The notes beneath the pieces were generated by a model that ran no database searches, had not been told where the DNA came from, and worked only from the letters and a program-made list of their open reading frames with translations. Positions 17,558 through 25,073 of a DNA stretch of 64,000 nt are shown here, piece after piece. Origin of the DNA: a virus. The stretch spans positions 1 to 64,000 of the IMG/VR virus record IMGVR_UViG_3300032222_000151, one strand, 5' to 3'. The translations under genes were made by a program, and so were the position numbers. How positions within the stretch are numbered: position 1 is the first letter of the stretch; each line of letters begins with the position of its first letter.

Positions 17558-17682
17558 GACAATGCACATGTGGCAGATCTAAAACATACCCTTATTGCGA
17601 CAATACACATAAGATTAAATCAAATAAAGAAACTGATACTAAAAAAACCAAAGACTCTGAAGAAAATACTAATCCTCAATAA
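17554..17682 (+). CDS. CDGSH-type iron-sulfur mini-protein (42 aa)
   Basis: MRQCTCGRSKTYPYCDNTHK fits C-x-C-x2-S-x3-P-x-C-D-x-T-H; below the ORF-track length cutoff. Confidence 0.75.
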   Translation: MRQCTCGRSKTYPYCDNTHKIKSNKETDTKKTKDSEENTNPQ

Positions 17683-18244
17683 GGTATTGCTTGTGTTTAC
17701 CAGAAAATTCTGGACTGAGTAGCCCTATGCTTACTGTATACCTTGGATTTCCTTTAAGCATAGTAAGAGAGTGAGGGATTGACGGAGGAAATATAAAAAT
17801 ATCTCCAGCCTCTGGTTTATAGGTTATTCCTAAATCTTTAAACTTTATTTCTGCACCAGAAAAATCATCATTTATGTGCAAGTTTACCATTATATGATTT
17901 TCATCTGGACTATCAGAGTGATATGACATAAAGTTTCCATCTCTTAGTTTAGAAACAACAAAAGCATCTTGTCTGGTAACTATTCCAAAGTTATTATAGT
18001 GCTGCATATACTCTAGGATGCTATCAAAGACTGTACTATAAAACATATTTTTTAGTTTTATAGAACTGTATGTATCTTCTTTTGTAAACACCATAGGGAC
18101 AAACATTGTTAAGTGTGGTCTTGCTATATCTGAAATGTCTTGGAAATGAAATGAGTCTTCATTTACTTTTTCAATTAGATCGATCCATTCTTGTGAATCA
18201 ATCTTAGTTTTAAACTTAACAATTCTATCGCCTAGTATTTCCAT
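17669..18244 (-). CDS. 2OG-Fe(II) oxygenase (P4H-like)
   Basis: HSD, NDDFSGAEIKF, AGDIFIFP, HS, RY. Confidence 0.85.
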   Translation of the reverse strand: MEILGDRIVKFKTKIDSQEWIDLIEKVNEDSFHFQDISDIARPHLTMFVPMVFTKEDTYSSIKLKNMFYSTVFDSILEYMQHYNNFGIVTRQDAFVVSKLRDGNFMSYHSDSPDENHIMVNLHINDDFSGAEIKFKDLGITYKPEAGDIFIFPPSIPHSLTMLKGNPRYTVSIGLLSPEFSGKHKQYLIED

Positions 18245-18283
18245 ATTTGACAGTATATCACATAACCTGTATACTTATAATAT

Positions 18284-18358
18284 GCACCAGTAGCCAAGTT
18301 GGTTAAGGCACCGAACTCATAATTCGGCTATTCGTAGGTTCAAGTCCTACCTGGTGTA
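18284..18358 (+). tRNA. tRNA with CAT anticodon (elongator Met or Ile2)
   Basis: GCACCAG/CTGGTGT; CCGAA-CTCATAA-TTCGG; lacks the initiator GGG/CCC anticodon stem. Confidence 0.9.
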
Positions 18359-18362
18359 CTAC

Positions 18363-18436
18363 ACATCTGTAACTCAGTTGGTTAGAGTACCCGCCTTATA
18401 TGCGGAGAGCCGAAGGTTCAAGTCCTTCCAGATGTA
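18363..18436 (+). tRNA. tRNA-Ile(TAT)
   Basis: ACATCTG/CAGATGT; CCGC-CTTATAT-GCGG; GAAGG-TTCAAGT-CCTTC. Confidence 0.88.
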
Positions 18437-18454
18437 CGATATAATTAAATATAT

Positions 18455-18527
18455 TGGTGTGTAACTCAGATGGTAGAGTGCCGAACTGTTAATTCGGATG
18501 TCGCAGGATCGATACCTGCCACACCAG
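18455..18527 (+). tRNA. tRNA-Asn(GTT)
   Basis: TGGTGTG/CACACCA; CCGAA-CTGTTAA-TTCGG; variant T loop ATCGATA. Confidence 0.9.
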
Positions 18528-18542
18528 CAAGGGGAAATCCCT

Positions 18543-18583
18543 AGGGTAAGATAAGAAAGTTGGTGCAAATCCAACCTACCCTA
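18543..18583 (+). pseudogene. tRNA-like minihelix (acceptor stem plus T arm only)
   Basis: AGGGTA/TACCCT-A closing GTTGG-TGCAAAT-CCAAC; no D or anticodon arm. Confidence 0.5.
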
Positions 18584-18601
18584 CTAACAGAAAGAAGAAA
18601 A

Positions 18602-19138
18602 ATGAAAACAGTTGGAGATAAATTAGGTAATTTTGCTGTTACTGGAGTAAAACCAGGAGCACTAACCTATGAAGATAGTTCTTTTGAAGTATTAAATCAA
18701 GACTCTTTCCCTGGAAAGTGGAAGATTATTGCTTTTTATCCTAAAGACTTTACGTTTGTATGCCCAACAGAAATTGTTGCATATGATGCTTTAGTTAATG
18801 ATTTTAATGATCGTGATGCAGTTTTAATGGTAGGATCAGTTGACAATGAATTCTGTAAAATTGCATGGCGTAATGCTCATGAAGACCTTAAGAAGACTAA
18901 CTCATGGTCATTTGCGGATACAGCCCATCAATTGGCTGGAGACCTTGGTGTTCACCATTCATCTGGAGTAACTTATCGTGCTACATTTATTGTTGATCCT
19001 GACAATATTATTCAGCATGTGACGGTTAATAATCTTGATGTAGGTCGTAATGCAAATGAAGCACTTAGAGTTCTTGATGCCCTGCAAACTGGAGAACTTT
19101 GTGCATGTAACAGACCTTTGGGCGGAGAAACACTTTAA
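18602..19138 (+). CDS. ahpC: alkyl hydroperoxide reductase C (peroxiredoxin)
   Basis: FYPKDFTFVCPTE; C-terminal LCACN (mycobacterial type). Confidence 0.95.
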   Translation: MKTVGDKLGNFAVTGVKPGALTYEDSSFEVLNQDSFPGKWKIIAFYPKDFTFVCPTEIVAYDALVNDFNDRDAVLMVGSVDNEFCKIAWRNAHEDLKKTNSWSFADTAHQLAGDLGVHHSSGVTYRATFIVDPDNIIQHVTVNNLDVGRNANEALRVLDALQTGELCACNRPLGGETL

Positions 19139-19650
19139 TGTCATGGGTCGAACAATTAAAAGAAAGTCTTCCTGATTATGCTAAAGATATTAAACTAAAT
19201 CTTGATGCAGTAATCAATAGATCTACCGTTGATTCTGAGCATGCTACATATTTGGCAATTGCAGCAGCATTTGCAACTGGCAATGGCAAACTTCTTGCAT
19301 TCATTACTGCAAATGCAACAGATGAAGTTGAAAAGAACGCAGCACTAACTGCTGGTGCAATTATGGCACAAAACAATGTATGGTATCCATATCTTGAAAT
19401 GGCTGATGATCAAAATTTAAAAGGATTGCCAGCCCAATTAAGAATGAATGCTATAGCAACTCATGGTGGAACAACAAAGGCAAAGTTTGAAGCATACTCT
19501 CTTGCTTCGTCTATTGTTGGTAAGTGTCACTTTTGTGTTAAAGCACACTACGAAACATTGAAAGAAGAAGGCTATACAGTTGAACAGTTGCGTGATATCG
19601 GAAGAATTGCAGCAACAATCAATGCACTGGCAAAGATCCTTTCAGCATGA
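19138..19650 (+). CDS. ahpD: alkylhydroperoxidase AhpD
   Basis: LPDYAKDIKLNL, MAQNNVWY, CHFCVKAH; coupled to ahpC. Confidence 0.95.
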   Translation: MSWVEQLKESLPDYAKDIKLNLDAVINRSTVDSEHATYLAIAAAFATGNGKLLAFITANATDEVEKNAALTAGAIMAQNNVWYPYLEMADDQNLKGLPAQLRMNAIATHGGTTKAKFEAYSLASSIVGKCHFCVKAHYETLKEEGYTVEQLRDIGRIAATINALAKILSA

Positions 19651-19656
19651 CCAACA

Positions 19657-19682
19657 GTCCTGGGTACGACCTAAAACTACCC
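19657..19682 (+). ncRNA. Compact H-type pseudoknot element, copy 2
   Basis: GTC-CT-GGGTA-C-GAC-CTAAAAC-TACCC; compensatory changes relative to copy 1. Confidence 0.65.
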
Positions 19683-19687
19683 AATAT

Positions 19688-19760
19688 ACCTCTGTAGTTC
19701 AGTGGACAGAACGTTGGACTTCTAAGCCAAGCGTCGCAGGTTCGATTCCTGCCAGGGGTA
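19688..19760 (+). tRNA. tRNA-Arg(TCT)
   Basis: ACCTCTG/CAGGGGT; TTGGA-CTTCTAA-GCCAA; GCAGG-TTCGATT-CCTGC. Confidence 0.92.
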
Positions 19761-19802
19761 CTTCTAGGTGGTATAATATATATGAGTGTTCGAGAGGAAA
19801 TT

Positions 19803-20693
19803 ATGATAAAAATAACACCAATAGATTATCCAGGGTTTGACAATGTTTTTGATAACATAGACTTTTATAAAGAAAAGTTTATAAAAGATTCTGTTATTGT
19901 GTTTAGAGGAGCAAACCTTTCTCTTGAAGATCAAAAACTATTTCATTATAAACTCGGAGATTTCTTTAAATGGCAGACAACAAAAACTGAAGACAATTAC
20001 TATAGAGAGACTCACTCTCATAACAACATGGTTAGTATTGCCAAAGAAGATGAAATCATGCTTGGCTGGCATGTAGAGCACTGTTATTACGACAACCCCA
20101 TAGTTGCTGGCACATGGAATATGTATCACCTACAGGCCCCTCCAGGGGCTGGTAAAACCTATTTTGTAGATACGTCTGCTGTATACAATCTGCTAGATAA
20201 TAAATCAAAAGATTTTTTAAAAAAATGCAGCCTCAATGCAAAAAATTTTGGCCTAGAAGAAGTGTTCCCTCCATATAAAACAGTAGTTGATCATTGGATA
20301 ACTGGAGTCCCAGTAATCAGAATGCCAATAGAGGAGCACTGGTCAGAGTTTGGACCAAATGATGAAAACTATATAAATAGCAACCATGAAAGTTATGAAG
20401 TAAATATTTTGCATTCGGTTAATGACAAGTTGCCTACAAAAGAAGAATACAAAATTTTTTCAGAGATTGCAAAAATGATAGGCAACATAGTAAAAAATAA
20501 CGAGTCTATTAGGATTGTTCATCAATGGGAGCAAGGCGATTTAGTTTTTATGGATGCATTTAAATTAGCACATGCGGTTACTGGTGGGTTTAAACCAGAA
20601 GACCGTGAGTTCTCTGGAATTTGGGGACAAAGAGATCCGCTTACAAACGATAGAGTCTTAGAGAATAAGTATACACATCAAAGCAATAGTTAA
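19803..20693 (+). CDS. TauD/TfdA-family 2OG-dependent dioxygenase
   Basis: VIVFRG, WHVE, GKTYFVD, HQWEQGDLVFMD...HAV; start placed after the GAGG SD. Confidence 0.85.
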   Translation: MIKITPIDYPGFDNVFDNIDFYKEKFIKDSVIVFRGANLSLEDQKLFHYKLGDFFKWQTTKTEDNYYRETHSHNNMVSIAKEDEIMLGWHVEHCYYDNPIVAGTWNMYHLQAPPGAGKTYFVDTSAVYNLLDNKSKDFLKKCSLNAKNFGLEEVFPPYKTVVDHWITGVPVIRMPIEEHWSEFGPNDENYINSNHESYEVNILHSVNDKLPTKEEYKIFSEIAKMIGNIVKNNESIRIVHQWEQGDLVFMDAFKLAHAVTGGFKPEDREFSGIWGQRDPLTNDRVLENKYTHQSNS

Positions 20694-20824
20694 TCTGTTT
20701 TCTTTGGATGCTTTGGTTCATATGGAGCAATCTTAGACTTGACTCTTCCATCTTTATATAGTCTAACAATCCATCCATCTTTAATCTGAATAGGATTAAA
20801 TGCTGCTGCTTTTTTCTTTGGCAT
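20690..20824 (-). CDS. small basic hypothetical protein (44 aa)
   Basis: MPKKKAAAFNPIQIKDGWIVRLYKDGRVK...; coupled to the upstream gene. Confidence 0.6.
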   Translation of the reverse strand: MPKKKAAAFNPIQIKDGWIVRLYKDGRVKSKIAPYEPKHPKKTD

Positions 20825-21261
20825 TACTTTGCCAACTTAAATGGAGAGTCAATCCAACTATCTGACTTAGCAACTGGAACGCAGTTTGGAACCATCTTGC
20901 CATCTTGTTCTTTCATACCTCTTTGAACATATCCATCCCAGCAAGGAGAAACCTTGCCAATTGATGCATCATACATGGCCATCGCAACTTCTGAATCTTC
21001 AGGCTCAACCATTAATGGTGGTATCTGAACATACATAGACATTGCACATGCAGTGTATAGTCTTGTTGCTTCCCAGAATCCGCTTTCTTCTTGTTCAAAC
21101 AACTGAATCATTACCGCAGGATTTTCTGCACTTGCTTCCATATAATATTCTGTTTCTGGATTACCAAGAGCACCTTCATACATGACATGAACTACTTGTC
21201 CTATATGGGTATCTCCTTCTCCACCGTGGGAGGTCATTGCAAAATCGCCTTCTTTTAGCAT
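20824..21261 (-). CDS. hypothetical protein with CWDGY...VPNCVP motif
   Basis: Leaderless TGcTATAAT-6 nt-ATG; C-terminal PCWDGYVQRGMK...MVPNCVP. Confidence 0.7.
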   Translation of the reverse strand: MLKEGDFAMTSHGGEGDTHIGQVVHVMYEGALGNPETEYYMEASAENPAVMIQLFEQEESGFWEATRLYTACAMSMYVQIPPLMVEPEDSEVAMAMYDASIGKVSPCWDGYVQRGMKEQDGKMVPNCVPVAKSDSWIDSPFKLAK

Positions 21262-21303
21262 ACTATTATTATAGCACAACATGTTCTAGTGTATAATGAG
21301 TAT

Positions 21304-21879
21304 ATGAACATAATTAGGCCATATAACAATGAAATAGTGGTAGTAGAAGACTTTATAAGCGAAGAAGAGGTAGGCATTATCAATGACCTCTCATCAAAAG
21401 ACCCTGGCCTATGGGAAGGATCAAATGATGGATCTGGCCTTAAGGAGTGGTACGGAAACCAACTAAGAATAGAGCCAGATAACCTAAAAAGTTCTTATTG
21501 GTACTATAGGGATTTGCTTGATTCTATACAGAAAAGATCTGAATCAATTTTTACTGAATACTATGGCATATCAGACTTTGAGTACCTTCCTATTAACTCT
21601 TTATCACGCAGAATTGGCCCTGGGCTTGGTGTTCATACCGACGAAATAGATCCAGAGCACCCTCAGTATAATCCAAATGAAAAGATAATTACTCATGGTT
21701 TTGTTGTTTACATAAATGATGATTACGATGGTGGAGAAATATTTTATCCTAATAAAAATATATCTATTAAGCCCATTGCAAGGTCTCTAGTAATGCACCC
21801 TGGGAATAAAGAATATGAACATGGTGTTAATGAAGTCAGGGGATCTACTAGGTACAGCCTTTCTTGGTGGACAAGATAA
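21304..21879 (+). CDS. 2OG-Fe(II) oxygenase (P4H-like)
   Basis: HTD, YINDDYDGGEIFYP, HPG, HGV, RY. Confidence 0.88.
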   Translation: MNIIRPYNNEIVVVEDFISEEEVGIINDLSSKDPGLWEGSNDGSGLKEWYGNQLRIEPDNLKSSYWYYRDLLDSIQKRSESIFTEYYGISDFEYLPINSLSRRIGPGLGVHTDEIDPEHPQYNPNEKIITHGFVVYINDDYDGGEIFYPNKNISIKPIARSLVMHPGNKEYEHGVNEVRGSTRYSLSWWTR

Positions 21880-21881
21880 AA

Positions 21882-22481
21882 ATGGAAATAAATAAACCAT
21901 TTAATAACGAGATAATAGTTATAAATAATTTTTTATCTAAAGATGAAATTCAGTCAATATTTAATTATATTGAAAAAGAAAAGCAAATGCATAAACCTGA
22001 AGGAATATCTTCTGAATATTTTAATAATAGACTTATACAACTACCAACTGAACAGAATATTGAAACAATTTCTGAAAAAGAAGGCACAAAAGATATTGCA
22101 AAGATTTATCTATTAAATAAAAACAATATAGTCAATAAAATTAACAATATTTTAAAAGCAATATCTGAAGAAAATCTTTATTTAACTGGAATTGAAAATT
22201 TAATTTATTCTGCTGATAAGGGAATGCCAACACACTTTGATAATAGCCCAGAAAATTTAGAAACAAATACTCACTATGGATTAGTTCTTTATTTAAACGA
22301 TGATTATGATGGTGGAGAACTTTACTATCCAAAATTAGAAATTGAGTATAAACCTAAATGTGGAGACCTTGTAATTCACCCAGGAACAGAAGAATATACT
22401 CATGGTGTTAGAGATATTTACAATGGAACAAGGTACGCTATTACTATTTTTGCTTTTACAAAAAATGAGAGCAGTTTATAG
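21882..22481 (+). CDS. 2OG-Fe(II) oxygenase (P4H-like), tandem paralog
   Basis: HFD, YLNDDYDGGELYYP, GDLVIHPG, HGV, RY. Confidence 0.88.
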   Translation: MEINKPFNNEIIVINNFLSKDEIQSIFNYIEKEKQMHKPEGISSEYFNNRLIQLPTEQNIETISEKEGTKDIAKIYLLNKNNIVNKINNILKAISEENLYLTGIENLIYSADKGMPTHFDNSPENLETNTHYGLVLYLNDDYDGGELYYPKLEIEYKPKCGDLVIHPGTEEYTHGVRDIYNGTRYAITIFAFTKNESSL

Positions 22482-22578
22482 ACGACTGCTCAGGTCTATC
22501 AGCCACGGGTTTCAGCCTGCTGACTCTCTTTTCATCGAGTATCCGTTGTAAAACCTTTTAAAGTCTCATAGCGGAATG
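22469..22578 (-). ncRNA. Candidate structured small RNA ending in pseudoknot copy 3 (22469-22500)
   Basis: TATAAT at 22585-22590; no ORF longer than 7 codons; three hairpins, then ATAGAC-CT-GAGCA-GTC-GTCTAT-AAAC-TGCTC. Confidence 0.55.
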
Positions 22579-22590
22579 TTTTATATTATA

Positions 22591-22995
22591 CTACTGAATT
22601 TCAATAGTCTTTGGAAGTTTGTCTTCTGGGATCTGCTTTTCAAGTCTTACATCTAAGATACCGTCCTTGAATTCAGCCCCAATAACTTCAACAAACTCAG
22701 GAAGGGTGAAGATATCTGTGAACTTACGGGCTGCGATGCCCTTATGTAGATACTCTGCTCCCTCTGGCAACTCAGTGTCCTGCTTCTCGCCCTTGATTGT
22801 AAGTTTGCGATTGTCTAGCGATACTGAGACATCATCCTTAGAAAAACCAGCCAAAGCAAATGACAGAATATACTCTGTATCATTTAGTTTGATCTGGTTA
22901 TAAGGTGGATAGTTTGTTGTTGTTGTTACCTTCTGAAAATTTGAGAAGGTGTTGAAGAATGGATCATTAAAAAGATCCAGTGCTGTTTTTACCAT
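22591..22995 (-). CDS. small heat shock protein Hsp20 (IbpA-like)
   Basis: NYPPYN, ALAGFSK, YLHKGIAARKF, A.FKDGIL. Confidence 0.95.
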   Translation of the reverse strand: MVKTALDLFNDPFFNTFSNFQKVTTTTNYPPYNQIKLNDTEYILSFALAGFSKDDVSVSLDNRKLTIKGEKQDTELPEGAEYLHKGIAARKFTDIFTLPEFVEVIGAEFKDGILDVRLEKQIPEDKLPKTIEIQ

Positions 22996-23046
22996 ATTAT
23001 TCCCCTTTCAAGCGAATAAGTTAATTTACCCCCCATTTGGGCAGGT
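22996..23046 (-). promoter_or_regulatory. ROSE-like RNA thermometer in the Hsp20 5' UTR
   Basis: TTATTCGCTT-GAA-AGGGGAATAA hairpin places UCGCU opposite the SD; a second hairpin lies upstream. Confidence 0.6.
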
Positions 23047-23052
23047 ATAAAT

Positions 23053-23094
23053 ATTATAGCATAGAAAAACAGGCTAGTCAACTACCCTAGCCTG
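23053..23094 (-). terminator. Intrinsic terminator containing the Hsp20 -35 element
   Basis: CAGGCTAG/CTAGCCTG plus TTTTT; TTGACT-17-TATAAT overlaps it. Confidence 0.7.
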
Positions 23095-23106
23095 CTAATC
23101 TAGTTA

Positions 23107-23376
23107 TTACTTCTTTGCTGCTGGCTTCTTCTTTGCAGGAGCCTTCTTTACTACCTTTGCAGACTTAACTGCTGCGTCAACCTCTTCAACTGAAGGCATC
23201 TTTCCAAACGCCTTATCATTAGGGTTGGCTGCTCTCAATGCTACGGGGATTAGTGCTCCAAGTAGTGAGTATGCTAGTGTCTGTGGGTCAGTCACTCCAG
23301 AGGCATACATTGCTGTTGCTGCTCCAAGAACTGATCTTCCGTATGACGCTAGTGCGTTTTTGATTTGTTGATTCAT
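23107..23376 (-). CDS. putative holin-like membrane protein
   Basis: Two hydrophobic segments, ALRAANPND, Lys/Ala-rich tail. Confidence 0.5.
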   Translation of the reverse strand: MNQQIKNALASYGRSVLGAATAMYASGVTDPQTLAYSLLGALIPVALRAANPNDKAFGKMPSVEEVDAAVKSAKVVKKAPAKKKPAAKK

Positions 23377-23535
23377 TTTATTCCTCCTAGGATTTTATTG
23401 CTTGACTATAATGTAAATCACACAGGTCAACAATTCTGCTTTCAGAACTTGCCCATACCTGAGTACTTTCATCCTGACACGACTCCTCTTCACATATAAA
23501 TAGGTTTAGATTCTTCGTGTTTTTAAGGACGATCA

Positions 23536-23940
23536 TTACTCTATTCTATCATAGTCTTCTGGTAGCATTTTTTTTAGTTCTTTGTATGCCCCAGAAATTT
23601 TCTTCATCGAGTTATAGTTTGGCTCTGCAGACATAAGGTCTCCATATGTGTCAAAGTACAGTATCTCAGGCTCAATATCAGTAATAAATTTATTTAATGA
23701 TGCCTGAACCTCATCTATGTATTGATATGCCCAGTCTCTAGAATCTGAAACAAATTTTAAAAAGTCCTCGTTTGACTGCTCTTTATCTGTTTTATTCTTT
23801 TCTTGCTCTGCCTCTTGCAATATTAAAAATTGTAAAGTGTTGGCAAGAATTTCCACATTTTTCTTTTTTTGAATTGAAAAAAGAAATGCAAGTGTTGTTG
23901 TTGATACAGAAAGAATAACAAGAAGTATTGACTGAATCAT
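23536..23940 (-). CDS. hypothetical membrane-anchored protein
   Basis: N-terminal TM segment; FLKFVSDSRDWAYQYI. Confidence 0.7.
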   Translation of the reverse strand: MIQSILLVILSVSTTTLAFLFSIQKKKNVEILANTLQFLILQEAEQEKNKTDKEQSNEDFLKFVSDSRDWAYQYIDEVQASLNKFITDIEPEILYFDTYGDLMSAEPNYNSMKKISGAYKELKKMLPEDYDRIE

Positions 23941-24176
23941 AGTTCTTTGCCTCCTTCTCTTACCAATAATACAATTGCACCATTATCCTCTAATGCTTTC
24001 TTGACACGAATCATATATTCTATTGCTTGTCTTTTAAGTTCTACTGTTTCTAACGACATAAAGTCTTTTTCTTTTGCTTTTACTGTTATAAAATGTTCAT
24101 TGTCTATGATCTGTAAAGAAAAATTCTTAGGACATTCAAGAGATCTAAAGGCTCTTTTCATTGAATCTGTATACAT
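23937..24176 (-). CDS. conserved hypothetical protein
   Basis: MYTDSMKRAF...; coupled. Confidence 0.7.
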   Translation of the reverse strand: MYTDSMKRAFRSLECPKNFSLQIIDNEHFITVKAKEKDFMSLETVELKRQAIEYMIRVKKALEDNGAIVLLVREGGKEL

Positions 24177-24177
24177 A

Positions 24178-24459
24178 TTACTCCATTGTTAATGATTGCC
24201 ATGTCATTCCCCAGTCATCCTTACTCTTGTGGCTTGAAAACTCTTTAGATATTTCTCCATTTTCTAAGTATACTCCGCCCCAAACTCCCCACTCTTTTCC
24301 TGATATGCCAACAGAAAAACAGTCTTTTCTAACTGAGCATCCAGAACAAAGTGCATCTATTGCTGGCCTGAGAAGTTCATCTTCTTCGTACTTGTCAAAG
24401 AATAAGTTTGTGTCATAGTCTAAGCAGACTGCATCGTCTTTCCATTTATGCTTATTCAC
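24178..24459 (-). CDS. whiB: WhiB-family transcription factor
   Basis: W...A.C...D..LFF, C..C.V...C, GVWGG. Confidence 0.92.
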   Translation of the reverse strand: MNKHKWKDDAVCLDYDTNLFFDKYEEDELLRPAIDALCSGCSVRKDCFSVGISGKEWGVWGGVYLENGEISKEFSSHKSKDDWGMTWQSLTME

Positions 24460-24672
24460 TTAGATCACATACTTATCTGGAATTTCCCATCCTTGACTAG
24501 AAGGAATAAACTCTTTCTTCATCTGCCACTTATTATTTTTATAAACTCCAAACTTAGAGTAGTAGGCTTTCTCTGATGGAAAAGTCTCAACTACAGTCCA
24601 TCCATTCCAGGATAGTTGTCTATGGTTCTTTACTATAGATTCCATAGTCTCTAAAGAATTAACTATTTTCAT
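24460..24672 (-). CDS. conserved hypothetical protein
   Basis: LSWNGWTVV...GW motif. Confidence 0.7.
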   Translation of the reverse strand: MKIVNSLETMESIVKNHRQLSWNGWTVVETFPSEKAYYSKFGVYKNNKWQMKKEFIPSSQGWEIPDKYVI

Positions 24673-24722
24673 TATGTTCCGTTCTGTTTGTGTGCTTTGC
24701 ACAGTTTAGATATACATAAAAA

Positions 24723-25073
24723 TTAAAATGTATATACGTTTGTATTTATATTATTTAGTTTTGATGAGTGAACAACCTTTGATACTGGCTCTTTTGGGTT
24801 AGACAAAAACGCCAAATGATCTAGTTCTGCAACATTTTCTTCTAGCCACTGAGGAGTAACCTTAAATAGTTTTATAGATTTTCCTCTTGACTTCATTCCT
24901 CTTTCAGAAAGATTAGAAAATTCCATTGCCATCATATTAATATTGTTTGGCCCAGCAGAGTATATCAAAAACTCTTTATCGTCTTCTCTTAACTCAGAAA
25001 GGGCAACAGCCATTGATCTAAGGAATATGTTGTAGTTATCAAAACCACTAGTTCCCTGAACCCCTACTATCAT
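24723..25073 (-). CDS. SLOG/YspA-like (DprA-like) protein
   Basis: MIVGVQGT..F.NY..F N-terminal strand-loop-helix. Confidence 0.5.
   Translation of the reverse strand: MIVGVQGTSGFDNYNIFLRSMAVALSELREDDKEFLIYSAGPNNINMMAMEFSNLSERGMKSRGKSIKLFKVTPQWLEENVAELDHLAFLSNPKEPVSKVVHSSKLNNINTNVYTF

Noticed and set aside
18374-18574. ORFs overlapping tRNAs (also 19580-19840)
   Set aside because: They overlap well-formed tRNA genes and are spurious.
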